In this document: positions 1 through 9,400 of the stretch, in pieces
How the letters are laid out: every line of letters begins with the position of its first letter
How positions within the stretch are numbered: position 1 is the first letter of the stretch
Source: a virus
Taxonomy: Duplodnaviria; Caudoviricetes
DNA length: 32,838 nt
Strand: one strand, 5' to 3'
IMG/VR virus record: IMGVR_UViG_3300018050_001174
Span: 1 to 32,838 of that record
The notes under the pieces: model-generated
Database searches by the model: none
What the model was told of the DNA's origin: nothing
Seen by the model: the letters and a program-made list of their open reading frames with translations, nothing else
Position numbers and translations under genes: made by a program

Positions 1-68
1 TAGAGATTTCCGTTGAAATCTCCAGCAATATTGACGCTTTCTGAAATAAACTGTTGAAAAGATTTCAT
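1..68 (-). CDS. 5' part of a small protein (MKSFQQFISESVNIAGDFNGNL...), truncated by the window edge; putative internal head protein
   Basis: Manual translation from ATG at 68, one base past the stop of the 538-aa ORF; open to the window edge. The N-terminus resembles the T4 internal-protein capsid-targeting sequence MKTYQEFIAE. Confidence 0.75.
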   Translation of the reverse strand, partial: MKSFQQFISESVNIAGDFNGNL

Positions 69-69
69 T

Positions 70-1686
70 TTAGTTACAGTTCCAACGACGTAATGCTTTG
101 TTGATTCTTGAATCTGGATCTCTCGCGGTTTCTGCAGAAGTAAGTTTATCTTTCATGCCTTTCATTCTACTGCAAAAATTTTTACGGCGACCTGCTCTTT
201 TTCCTTTTGGATTTTTTTCTGTCACTGCAGTCTGAAGTTTTGATCCAGGATTTTCACGACGGTATGCTTTTACTGCAGCTGGACTTAATCCATCAGTTTT
301 ATCTCGACGATTTACTTTTTGCCAATCCTCGGATAATCCAAAATCTGCTCTCCAGTTTGAGTATTCATAAGAATCTGCAAGAGGTAAGGAAGGTCCAGAA
401 AGCTTTCTGAGTGCTGCTTCCTTTTCTCCTTTATTTGTAGTTCCAGTTGCAAGATTTCTAATTTTTGCTTGTTTTTGTGCTTGTCTATGACCTGAACCGA
501 TTTCAAAACTAACTTGCTCTTTTTTCATTTCACCACTATCTACATAATCTGCTGCAGTATCAATATAATCTGCTGCCTTTGTAATTTTTGACTGAACCCA
601 TGCCTCAATATTACCTTCACCTTTCATTTTTTTACGAAGTCTCTTTGCTGCAGAAATAATTGTTGAAAGTTCTGAGCGAGCCATTGAATATTCATGATCA
701 TAAGATTCTGGAAAATTTCCAGGATGAACAGTAGCAATATTGTATTTTAATTGATTGGTTGTGAGTGCCGATGGAATTGAGAACATATCCCAATACTTTG
801 GACCATATTTGCATTCGCTACGGGTTTCGTCTTTTTGACATTTGGGACAATATCTAATCATTGTTTGCTCCTCTTTTACTGGCACACAATTTGGGACAAT
901 TTTTTTACCTTTCTTTTTCATCCCCTCTTGCTTATATCCATCCCAACAATCTTCTTTCATTTCTGATTTTGGTTTGATTCCTTTTTTCTTCATATCAATT
1001 GCAATCGCTGCTTGTTGGGCTAGATTTGCTGCTTCACTTTTTGTTCCCCAATTATCGGCGCCGACCTTACGGCATTTAACAAGTGCTCCCGATGCATAAG
1101 CACTTGGCCAAATTTTATATCTACTTTTTACTTTATGATAACAAGCATCCTTTTCACCTTCTTTTTCTTGAATGTATTCTTCCTTTGACACGATTTTTGC
1201 GGCTCCTGATCTGTTTGGATTTGGATCTTCTCTACGTTTTTTAGCAGCTCTTCTATTTCTTTCTTCTTTACTCATAGCAGAACGATCATCAGGATCACGG
1301 CAGAATGGTTTTGTTGTTTGTCCTGGTTGTTTAGCGCATGGTTTTCCATCATATTTACCACCCGCTTGAACCCAACCACCATCATCAAACCATTTCTTCA
1401 AATTGTAATTTTTAGATTTTGCTCCAACACCGTCTGTCGCCTCTTTTACATCTTTGAATTTTTTATGATGCTTTTTAGCATCTGCTTCCATTGTTTTCAA
1501 GCGAGTATAATAATCTGGAATTTCATCAAGATGTTGGAGGGCAATATCAGTTGCCAAAACCTTATCTTTTGTATGCTCATGTTCAATAGGAATTCCCATC
1601 TCAAGTTGATTTCTCACAAAAGAAACATCAAGACGATGCTTCTTTGCAATCTGTTCAACTGATTTATGGGGTTTAAGTTTATCCAA
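70..1686 (-). CDS. 538-aa Lys/Arg-rich modular hypothetical protein; putative internal-head polyprotein (DUF5661-, DUF5872- and DUF6321-like segments)
   Basis: Long ORF with TTG start just downstream of a CTAAATA late-promoter motif. Recognisable phage modules: EHEHT...IALQHLDEIPDYY, LKKWF...W...PC...PFC, DACY...WPSAYASGALVKCRK, RRKNFCSRM...SRINKALRRWNC. DUF names are recalled, not searched. Confidence 0.85.
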   Translation of the reverse strand: MDKLKPHKSVEQIAKKHRLDVSFVRNQLEMGIPIEHEHTKDKVLATDIALQHLDEIPDYYTRLKTMEADAKKHHKKFKDVKEATDGVGAKSKNYNLKKWFDDGGWVQAGGKYDGKPCAKQPGQTTKPFCRDPDDRSAMSKEERNRRAAKKRREDPNPNRSGAAKIVSKEEYIQEKEGEKDACYHKVKSRYKIWPSAYASGALVKCRKVGADNWGTKSEAANLAQQAAIAIDMKKKGIKPKSEMKEDCWDGYKQEGMKKKGKKIVPNCVPVKEEQTMIRYCPKCQKDETRSECKYGPKYWDMFSIPSALTTNQLKYNIATVHPGNFPESYDHEYSMARSELSTIISAAKRLRKKMKGEGNIEAWVQSKITKAADYIDTAADYVDSGEMKKEQVSFEIGSGHRQAQKQAKIRNLATGTTNKGEKEAALRKLSGPSLPLADSYEYSNWRADFGLSEDWQKVNRRDKTDGLSPAAVKAYRRENPGSKLQTAVTEKNPKGKRAGRRKNFCSRMKGMKDKLTSAETARDPDSRINKALRRWNCN

Positions 1687-1698
1687 GACAATATACTT

Positions 1699-2121
1699 CT
1701 ATTCTTTATTATTTAGAAAACCTTGCTTGAGTAATTTTGAAAGTTCTGAAGTTGAACCAACAAATACTGCATTGTTAGTGACATTATTTGTAGTTTTGGT
1801 AGTGTCCTCTTCAACTTCTTTAAGTTTTTTTTGCAAATCAATCAATTTGTCTGTTGTATCCGCAACATTTTTAATCAATTGACCAGCAACTTCATATGCT
1901 CTGGGACTTCCACCTTCTCCAGCAAGTTCCATTATTCCATTAATAGCTTCTTGACCCTTCTCTATTAAAGAATATAAATTTGCACGAGTGTATTCGTAAT
2001 CTTTTTGAATATCATCACCTTTAATAGGAGTTATATTCAATTCATCATTAACTTTATCGATCTCAACAATTTCACTGTTGATATTCAATGATGAATCTAA
2101 CTTATCATAATTATTTTTCAT
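1699..2121 (-). CDS. gp16: Terminase small subunit
   Basis: DYEYTRANLYSLIEKGQEAINGIMELA...SPRAYEVAGQLIK...NNAVFVGSTSEL motifs typical of T4-like gp16; directly downstream of gp15. Confidence 0.95.
   Translation of the reverse strand: MKNNYDKLDSSLNINSEIVEIDKVNDELNITPIKGDDIQKDYEYTRANLYSLIEKGQEAINGIMELAGEGGSPRAYEVAGQLIKNVADTTDKLIDLQKKLKEVEEDTTKTTNNVTNNAVFVGSTSELSKLLKQGFLNNKE
1710..1716 (-). promoter_or_regulatory. Probable late promoter variant (CTAAATA)
   Basis: CTAAATA lies in the last codons of gp16, 23 nt upstream of the TTG at 1686; matches the TAAATA core of T4-like late promoters. Confidence 0.55.
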
Positions 2122-2127
2122 AATAAA

Positions 2128-2925
2128 TTAAATATCTGATTGTTGAGTGGGACTATAAGTTTTAGAATCATCAAAGTTTAACCATTCCTCAGTAAATCCA
2201 AAATCATCATCTGGATTGGCATTAATAGGATCTGGTTCAACAGTGTATCGCATCTCTCTTTTTGCAGTTTGTGTATCTGTACTGTTATACATATCAACCT
2301 GAACCTTACGAATTAATCCATCAGTGGTATCAGCAATAGGTCCAAATAGATATGTCTTTGCCGTAAAATTAAAAGTATAGATTAAAACTCTTCTCGTTGA
2401 AAAATCTCCCTCATAATCATCTGTAAAAGATACATTATCTAAGACAACTGGAATATCTCTTTTTTCTCCGATAGAATCAACCAAATCAACGGTAAGATTA
2501 AAAGATGGTTGAAAATATGGTAAAATTTGCTCTACAATTTGTAGGGCATCATCCTGCAACTTGCTCATTACAGACAATTGAAATCCAATATTATATGGTA
2601 CTGGTAAATATACCTTCTTCAGATCATTTCCATCCAATGTTTTAAACGTCTGAGTTACATTAGCCTTTCTTGTTGGATCATATTGAATTGAAATCATTTC
2701 AAATGATAATCTTGGTAAGGTAATCGCAACTGGTTTATTTAATTCTGCTTGTTGTTGCAACCTAGCAAGAAATTTTTGCATTGGTCCATAAGCCAAAGGA
2801 ACACGCATTTCATTATATGTACTACCATTTTCATCTAAATGTTTAATATAAATTTGATTAAAAAGAGTTCCAAACGCAATGATGGTTTTTCTAATAATCT
2901 GATGATAATAATAAGTACCTAACAT
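2128..2925 (-). CDS. gp15: Tail sheath stabilizer / tail terminator
   Basis: YYHQIIRKTIIAFGTLFN, VPLAYGPMQKFL, ITLPRLSFE, QIVEQILPYFQP motifs; gp13-14-15-16 synteny. Confidence 0.95.
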   Translation of the reverse strand: MLGTYYYHQIIRKTIIAFGTLFNQIYIKHLDENGSTYNEMRVPLAYGPMQKFLARLQQQAELNKPVAITLPRLSFEMISIQYDPTRKANVTQTFKTLDGNDLKKVYLPVPYNIGFQLSVMSKLQDDALQIVEQILPYFQPSFNLTVDLVDSIGEKRDIPVVLDNVSFTDDYEGDFSTRRVLIYTFNFTAKTYLFGPIADTTDGLIRKVQVDMYNSTDTQTAKREMRYTVEPDPINANPDDDFGFTEEWLNFDDSKTYSPTQQSDI

Positions 2926-4328
2926 TAGTAATTACCGAATGGATTTGATTCTGAAAAATCGACGATAAGATCTGCCTCTTGTTCGATTTGATCGTTATCT
3001 TCATATTTATCACTAAACTTCGCTTCTTCAATATAATCTAATGAATATGTTGCATTGGAAGTTGATCCAACTATAATATCTCCTGCTACAAAAGTTCCAT
3101 TAGTGGTTCCAACCTTAAGAACATTTGTAGTAGAATTCCAGGTTTTTACTCTTCCAGTTGCATTTGAAATTGAACCTGTTACCACTTCATTAAATATAAA
3201 TGTTCCAATGCCTGTGATTAGAGGTGGTTGAGATATTGTGGCGATAGGAGTTGTTGTATATCCAATACCAGCATCCAAAAGTAAAACTCCAGTGACGATT
3301 CCAGTTTCTGCAATTGAAACCCTACCAACTGCGGTCACAGCTAATCCGGCAGTAGGAGAACTAAATGTAATAGATGGTGATGTTGGATAACCGGACCCAA
3401 ATGCTGTTGTTGCAATGCTTACGCTGGATATTCCAGAATATCCAGTGACAAGTACACAAGTAACTGCAGCACCAGATCCACCTCCACCAGTAATTGCTAT
3501 TCCTGGTGATACTGTATATCCAGCTCCAGCATTTATCAATAAAATTTCTTTGATAGAATGTACACCATTAACTGAGGTTGTAATTGCAACGGCTTGGGCA
3601 TTTTTACCTCCAGGAGGGGCAGTAGAAATTGAAACCGTTGGTGTTGATGTATAATCGTACCCATCATTCAATAAAACTATTTTTCTAATATACCCAGAAT
3701 CTGCAGTTGCTGTTGCAAGAGCTTGAGATCCAAAAGATATCAGTTGCAACTTAGTAATATATCCAACATTTTCAAGGAGACTATCAATTTCCTCTTCACT
3801 CGTATTGATATTACTCCACCCACCCATTTCATCTTCATATTGAAATAGCTCACATTTTAATTCATAAACATATGTTTTTCCTAGTTGATAAAAAGGTTGT
3901 TCATGTTCGACAAACTTAACTTCAAATATTCTTTGTCCTAATGGAAAGTATATGATATCTCCTTCTCTAGGACGGGTGCTTACCTCTAAAGATGCTTGTT
4001 CATCAATAGATATAAAAGGTGCTATAAAATCTTCAAATCTTTCTTTTGATATGACTAAACTCAATTCATCTTTTAAATTCATTCCGAATTTAGTTAGAAT
4101 ATCTCCTTGCCCACTATATCCTTCATAATTATTTACATAAGCTTCAATGGCAAAATTATCATCAAATTTAGAAGTTGTAACTTCTCTTATTATAGTTTCT
4201 CTCCGAACAAATTTTCTGGGAATATAAACGACTTCAACCCCATAAATTTTTAGTTGTTCATTAATTAAACTTTGAACAAGTCTCTGTTCACCTGGAGATC
4301 CCTGTAAAAAAAATGGATTAAGTGCCAT
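2925..4328 (-). CDS. gp14: Neck protein gp14 with inserted Gly/Thr-rich repeat region
   Basis: EQLKIYGVEVVYIPR, RPREGDIIYFP, FEVKFVEHEQPFYQLGK motifs and C-terminal DFSESNPFG. Confidence 0.93.
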   Translation of the reverse strand: MALNPFFLQGSPGEQRLVQSLINEQLKIYGVEVVYIPRKFVRRETIIREVTTSKFDDNFAIEAYVNNYEGYSGQGDILTKFGMNLKDELSLVISKERFEDFIAPFISIDEQASLEVSTRPREGDIIYFPLGQRIFEVKFVEHEQPFYQLGKTYVYELKCELFQYEDEMGGWSNINTSEEEIDSLLENVGYITKLQLISFGSQALATATADSGYIRKIVLLNDGYDYTSTPTVSISTAPPGGKNAQAVAITTSVNGVHSIKEILLINAGAGYTVSPGIAITGGGGSGAAVTCVLVTGYSGISSVSIATTAFGSGYPTSPSITFSSPTAGLAVTAVGRVSIAETGIVTGVLLLDAGIGYTTTPIATISQPPLITGIGTFIFNEVVTGSISNATGRVKTWNSTTNVLKVGTTNGTFVAGDIIVGSTSNATYSLDYIEEAKFSDKYEDNDQIEQEADLIVDFSESNPFGNY

Positions 4329-5170
4329 TATCCTATAAAATCGTAAGGTGGTAATTCGTAATCCATAGACATTCTTTGTCTTATATCTTCTATCTCTCTT
4401 TCAGCATCTTCATATAATTCTCTACCATTCAGTTCAATTCCACCAGGGAGTTTGACTCCTCTAAATTTAATTAGATTTTGACCCCATTGTCTCTTTAATA
4501 GAGCAGTCAAATATTTTTTCAAAAAACTATCGTTATAAACTTTAGTAAAATCATTTGGATCTAGAATCCTATAACAATCAATTATAAGATATGTATCTTT
4601 AGATTTTGCACCCCACTCAATGTCCAGATATAATCTATTCTGCCTCTTGTTATATCTTATTTGTTTATCGGTTGTCAATAAAAAGTCAATATCTTCCAAA
4701 TAAGTTTTTACCATCGCGTATTGTAAAAGTTCAACAGAATTGAAATAATATAAATCATTTAGAAATAATTGATATTTAATACTAAACATTCCTGCAGAAA
4801 TTGAACTAGTATCAAATTTAAAAACTTTTTCAATACCAATTACCGAATCTGGAATCTGAATAAAATTTGATGATTCATAAAAATTAAAAGAAGTTGTCCC
4901 AATGCCAGAGATATTTGCAGATCCTGTTGTGGTGACAATTCCAGCTCCATTTGGTGCTTTAGCACTTCCCCTATTCAAATCTTCTTCAGTAATTTTATAT
5001 TTAAGATACATTCTCTCAACACCATCAAAGTGTCTTTCGTGAAAATATTGTAAAGCATCATCAACCATATCATCAATTTGGTCGTCATCCAAGTTAATCT
5101 CAAGAATAGGAGCTCCTAGTCTTCTTAAACAATAATCGACAAGTTCTTGTCTAGTTGTTGGCTTTGACAT
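4328..5170 (-). CDS. gp13: Neck protein gp13
   Basis: RQELVDYCLRRLGAPILEINLDDDQ at the N-terminus; KRQWGQNLIKF.GVKLPGG.ELNG near the C-terminus. Confidence 0.95.
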   Translation of the reverse strand: MSKPTTRQELVDYCLRRLGAPILEINLDDDQIDDMVDDALQYFHERHFDGVERMYLKYKITEEDLNRGSAKAPNGAGIVTTTGSANISGIGTTSFNFYESSNFIQIPDSVIGIEKVFKFDTSSISAGMFSIKYQLFLNDLYYFNSVELLQYAMVKTYLEDIDFLLTTDKQIRYNKRQNRLYLDIEWGAKSKDTYLIIDCYRILDPNDFTKVYNDSFLKKYLTALLKRQWGQNLIKFRGVKLPGGIELNGRELYEDAEREIEDIRQRMSMDYELPPYDFIG

Positions 5171-5673
5171 TAATAGGATCCTCCATCTATTACACTTGTC
5201 CAGGTTGGAATGCCATTATCATCTGTTGTTAGTATATAGTTTGTATAAGTTATTGCAGAACTTGTTGCTCCTGTAGAAACCATTAATCCATTTGAACTAA
5301 AATATGCAATTCCACTTGTATATGATGGATTATAATAAAGAGATCCAGTAACAGTTGCTACTCCTACACGTAAATTTGTTGTAGTTGTATATCCAGTAAC
5401 GATTAATTCATCAAAACTAATTTGATTAGAAACTGATAGACTTCCATCGATAAAAACATTATTTTTAAAAGTTGAAACTCCAACAAAAGTAGAAAATCCA
5501 CTTACACTTAAAGTAGTTACGGAAGCAATTCCACCTATTACATTAATAGCATTAATAGAATCTACGGCATTATCTGATCCTACACTACTTGAAACAATTT
5601 TAATGCCATTTTGCTGACCAACTCTAACTTTAATACCATTTTGCTGATCAACTTTAACATTTACACCTGCCAT
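5170..5673 (-). CDS. Hypothetical virion/fibre-associated protein (167 aa)
   Basis: ORF overlaps both neighbours by 1 nt. Carries GFSTFVGVSTF and GIAS/GVAT motifs and a C-terminal IDGGSY, as in cyanophage fibre-like proteins. Confidence 0.75.
   Translation of the reverse strand: MAGVNVKVDQQNGIKVRVGQQNGIKIVSSSVGSDNAVDSINAINVIGGIASVTTLSVSGFSTFVGVSTFKNNVFIDGSLSVSNQISFDELIVTGYTTTTNLRVGVATVTGSLYYNPSYTSGIAYFSSNGLMVSTGATSSAITYTNYILTTDDNGIPTWTSVIDGGSY
5599..5658. repeat. Tandem 30-bp duplication (27/30 identical) encoding VKVDQQNGIK / VRVGQQNGIK
   Basis: tttaatgccattttgctgaccaactctaac followed by tttaataccattttgctgatcaactttaac. Confidence 0.85.
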
Positions 5674-6020
5674 TATTTTGTAACTCCTTCAGTTACTAAA
5701 ACCATGCCCTCAATAACTTTACTTTTCGATAAAGTTGTAGTATTTGTTATTACAATATCATAAACATATCTTCCTGGTTTTAATTGTGTTGTTTGATTGG
5801 CAGTTAAGGAAATTGTAACTTTTCCTGCAGTAAATGGAGCTTCAATATTTGCAGTAAAATTTGTATAGGATGAACTTCCTGCCCATTTTCTTATTTGAGA
5901 AGCAATTGTATATCCAGTTAAATTAAGTGGAGCATTTGTATCAGTACTTTCCAGATTAAAAGACTGCGTAAATGTAGTGCCAGCATTAATTACTAAATTA
6001 CTTACATATACTGCTGCCAT
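5673..6020 (-). CDS. Small beta-rich virion structural protein (BppU N-terminal-like / Ig-like adaptor)
   Basis: NLVINAGTTF...PLNLTGY...SQIRK...G.VTISLTANQT..LKPGRYVYDIVI...KVIEG pattern, common in phage tail regions; preceded by a late promoter. Confidence 0.8.
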   Translation of the reverse strand: MAAVYVSNLVINAGTTFTQSFNLESTDTNAPLNLTGYTIASQIRKWAGSSSYTNFTANIEAPFTAGKVTISLTANQTTQLKPGRYVYDIVITNTTTLSKSKVIEGMVLVTEGVTK

Positions 6021-6043
6021 TTATTTCTTTAAGCTCTACTTCT

Positions 6044-6051
6044 TATTTATA
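6044..6051 (-). promoter_or_regulatory. T4-type late promoter TATAAATA
   Basis: Exact TATAAATA in the intergenic gap, 23 nt upstream of the ATG at 6020. Confidence 0.85.
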
Positions 6052-6052
6052 T

Positions 6053-6226
6053 TTACAGTTTCGCTAAAGAAGCAATAACTTCTTGCTGTTTCAAATATAG
6101 TTTGTAATAAGATTTTGCAATATTTTTTAAATCATTAATATCATTTATGTTATCAATTTCGGCAGCATATTTGTAATACTCAAAACTTTTACTCAAATTT
6201 TCTAATTCAATTTTATCTGGATCCAT
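6053..6226 (-). CDS. 57-aa helical protein not in the ORF track (MDPDKIELENLSKSFEYYKYAAEIDNINDINDLKNIAKSYYKLYLKQQEVIASLAKL); possible distant NblA-like
   Basis: Manual translation; AAGGAG SD (6234-6239) 7 nt upstream of the ATG; fills an otherwise empty gap and overlaps the upstream ORF. Confidence 0.8.
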   Translation of the reverse strand: MDPDKIELENLSKSFEYYKYAAEIDNINDINDLKNIAKSYYKLYLKQQEVIASLAKL

Positions 6227-6416
6227 TGATCAACTCCTTAAGTAGTAATTTAATTTCTTCAATATCATTTTTTATTTTTTCAATTTCTTGTTTTTGTGCT
6301 ATTTTATTATTTACTAAATTTTTATACTGATTATATCCATTTGTATCACAATTTATTATAGCACCAGTTTTTTCATCTCTATACAAATTTGGATGTCCTT
6401 CTACTGGTATCATCAT
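6213..6416 (-). CDS. Small hypothetical protein with C-terminal coiled coil (67 aa)
   Basis: IPVEGHPNLYRDEKTGAIIN motif familiar from cyanomyophages downstream of the large DUF4815 gene; ATGA overlap with the upstream stop. Confidence 0.8.
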   Translation of the reverse strand: MMIPVEGHPNLYRDEKTGAIINCDTNGYNQYKNLVNNKIAQKQEIEKIKNDIEEIKLLLKELINGSR

Positions 6417-9400
6417 GCTAGTGCAATGCTCCTAAAATCTTTGAATCTTGGTGGATATGCTGAATTAGTTCCTGATAATACAATTTTTATTTGATATCCA
6501 CTAAAAACTCCTAAATTGGATGCACTAAATTGATAATCTAAAAACTGATTTTGTAAACTAGGGGCAACTAACACATCTGGCAGACCATTATTTTTTGCAG
6601 GATCAATAACATCTAAAAATCCATCTGAACTTCTATCTATAGTTAGATTATTATAACCTGGGAATAATTCAAAAGATTGTTGAACCTCACTAGAATCTGG
6701 TCTTATTAAACTATAAAGAACTCTGAAGTCTGCTGTATTATGTCTATATGCGCTCACAATGACTCTTAAAGAAGTTGCTGGTTGTTCCAGTCTTACAACA
6801 TTAGAAACATAAATAGCGGCATGTGGATCTCCTACAAATTGATTTGCTCTACTATCTGAAGCATAATCGCTAATAGGTTGATTTAATCTGCTTCCAATAA
6901 ACTCTACATCCGCATTTTTCCAAAGAAGCATGGGTGAAACATTTGGATCAGTGGTTGCCAAATTAACTTTTAGTGTAAAAGATTTTTCAGATGAAAGATA
7001 AGTTTGTTCGTTAATTCTGGAGCAAACTAATCTTGTTGAAGTTAAAGTATTATCAACATCCAATTTAACTGGTTCATATTGTAAGTCAATAAATGAAGTT
7101 TCAGTTCCATTTGCACTAGTACCACTAGTTGTTCTTACCTCAGCAGATACCGATGTTGCTGCTTGGGGAGATATTAAACCTATATGTGGATTTAATCTTT
7201 CAAATTGAATATTTTCACTAGCTTCAACTAAATTACCTCCACATATTTGCTCACGATTAAATGAAAGTTGTGGTGAATTTGCAGGTGTTCCTGAAGATCC
7301 TTGATCTAAATTTCTATTAGTTGAATCAGAATCAAAAGATGATCTATCAAATTGAATATAATAACTATCAATCTCAATACCAGTATCGCTAATTGTATGA
7401 GTTTTATTAATTCGTTTCAATGAAACTCCAGATAATTCATACTTATAAACTAATGTGTTTCTATCGTGATCAACAACAACTGTAGAATCTACTCCTCTGG
7501 TAATTCCTTGTAATTGTCCAACACCAACTGCAGTATATTTGATAATTTCATCTTCGATAATTATAAATCCTGGGTTTACACTACTTACAGATAATCCTTC
7601 AAATGTATTAAAATTTTCAGTAGAAGCAACACTTATAGCAGAATCTGATGTTATTAATCTAAGTGATAATTGTGTTGGTGCAATATCTGATTGAACCTTA
7701 TATAGATTTATCTTATTATTTTTTGCATACATGCTATGATCATAATGATTGACTTGGAAATAATTTCCAGTATTATAAGTTCCATATGTTGCTGAACTTA
7801 ATATTACAGTAGATCCAAGTGATACTAATGTGCCCGAAGTATTATAATATCCTAAAGTTGCTACTCCTACATTTAAAGAATCTCCCTGAACATTGGAAAG
7901 ATATAAGGTATCAATTTTATTTGCAGTTCCTGTTATAGTAATACGAGCACCAAATCCTGATGCTGGAGAAACACTACTAGTTACAATACCAACTACGTCA
8001 CCGACTTGATATCCATTTCCTGGGAATGATGCTGAAACACTTGCAGATGTAATAAGTCCACCAGTAGCTGTAATATTGAGTCTTAAACCACTTCCATTGC
8101 CCGTATAGTTAAATGTCTGAACAGTTCCTGTAGTATAATTATTGCCAGATGTAGTAATTGCCACATTAACTGCCGAAGATCCTGTTCCAGTAATAGTTCC
8201 CGAAAGATAAGTTGCAGATTGAACTGATATTTTTCTTCCTGCTGTCAAAATCCCAATTACTGAAGTGTTATCTGTTGTTGTTATTCCTATTTTTACCTTT
8301 CTAGGTAAAACAGTTATTGGATTGGATTTTAATCTAGGTATATATCCATTACTTTGATGTAAAGTTGGATTTGAGAATAATGCACTACCTGTTTGAGATG
8401 TAAATCTGGCCTTATAAAGTTTAAATTTTAAATCTTGATATTGGTTTGCTGTCCAAATTGTTCCATTTTGAGATTTAAATAAACTACCAATTGCAAATTG
8501 TTGTGTATATCTAACAGCTTGAGAATCTGGCAATGATGCGGTGTTAATGGTTTTTTCACCCATTTCTGCAATCCATACTTCATATTGATCAGATTGTGGT
8601 GCAAGCAATACAATTGCATATTCATTAAATGGTGCCAGATATATTGGTGTGTCAAATGTGACTTGTGTTACTGCTGAAGCATCACTGGAAATGTTTATGT
8701 TGTTAGATGATAGTGTTCTAGATCCTAAAACTTCACTAGTTGGAGTTCCAAGAGTAACAGTTCTAACTTCAACAGTTAATGGGGCATTTCCTGTATCTTT
8801 ACGTGCAAAATATAAATCTACTGCTGTTAGGAAAGCACCATTTACATCTTCTCCAGGAACATTTCCATTTGTTGGATCAAGATTACCACCAACCGAGAAT
8901 GATTGTGCTAATGGATCCACGTAATATATTGTTGTTACAGTGGTAGTAACTCTTTGTCTTTCTTCCCATCTTCCTTCAGATTTATAAATTGTTTCTCCAG
9001 AAGAAATTAATGTGCTTCCTGGCAATGGAGTTTCATTTGTCGAACTTGATGTTAATTTATAAACTTTTGATCCGACTGCAATTCTTACCGCAGGAGGGGG
9101 AGTTGTATTAGGATCTCTTAAGAAAAATGATCCAGATATAAATCCATTTGCATCTGTAATAAGTCTAAGATCTTTAACATAAGCAACAGATCCACTTGAT
9201 TGTCCAACCAACTTCATTCCAGATGTTAAATATCCAGAATATAATCCTTGTGCGCTTGTACATAAAGCCTCAATATCAACATTTAATACTTTTGATGATG
9301 CGCTGTAAGATGCTGGTATATTTTCATTTGTTGAATATGGATTTGCTGCATAAGTTACTGATGGACTATTATATGTCCCTTCCTTATGATTTGATTGAGC

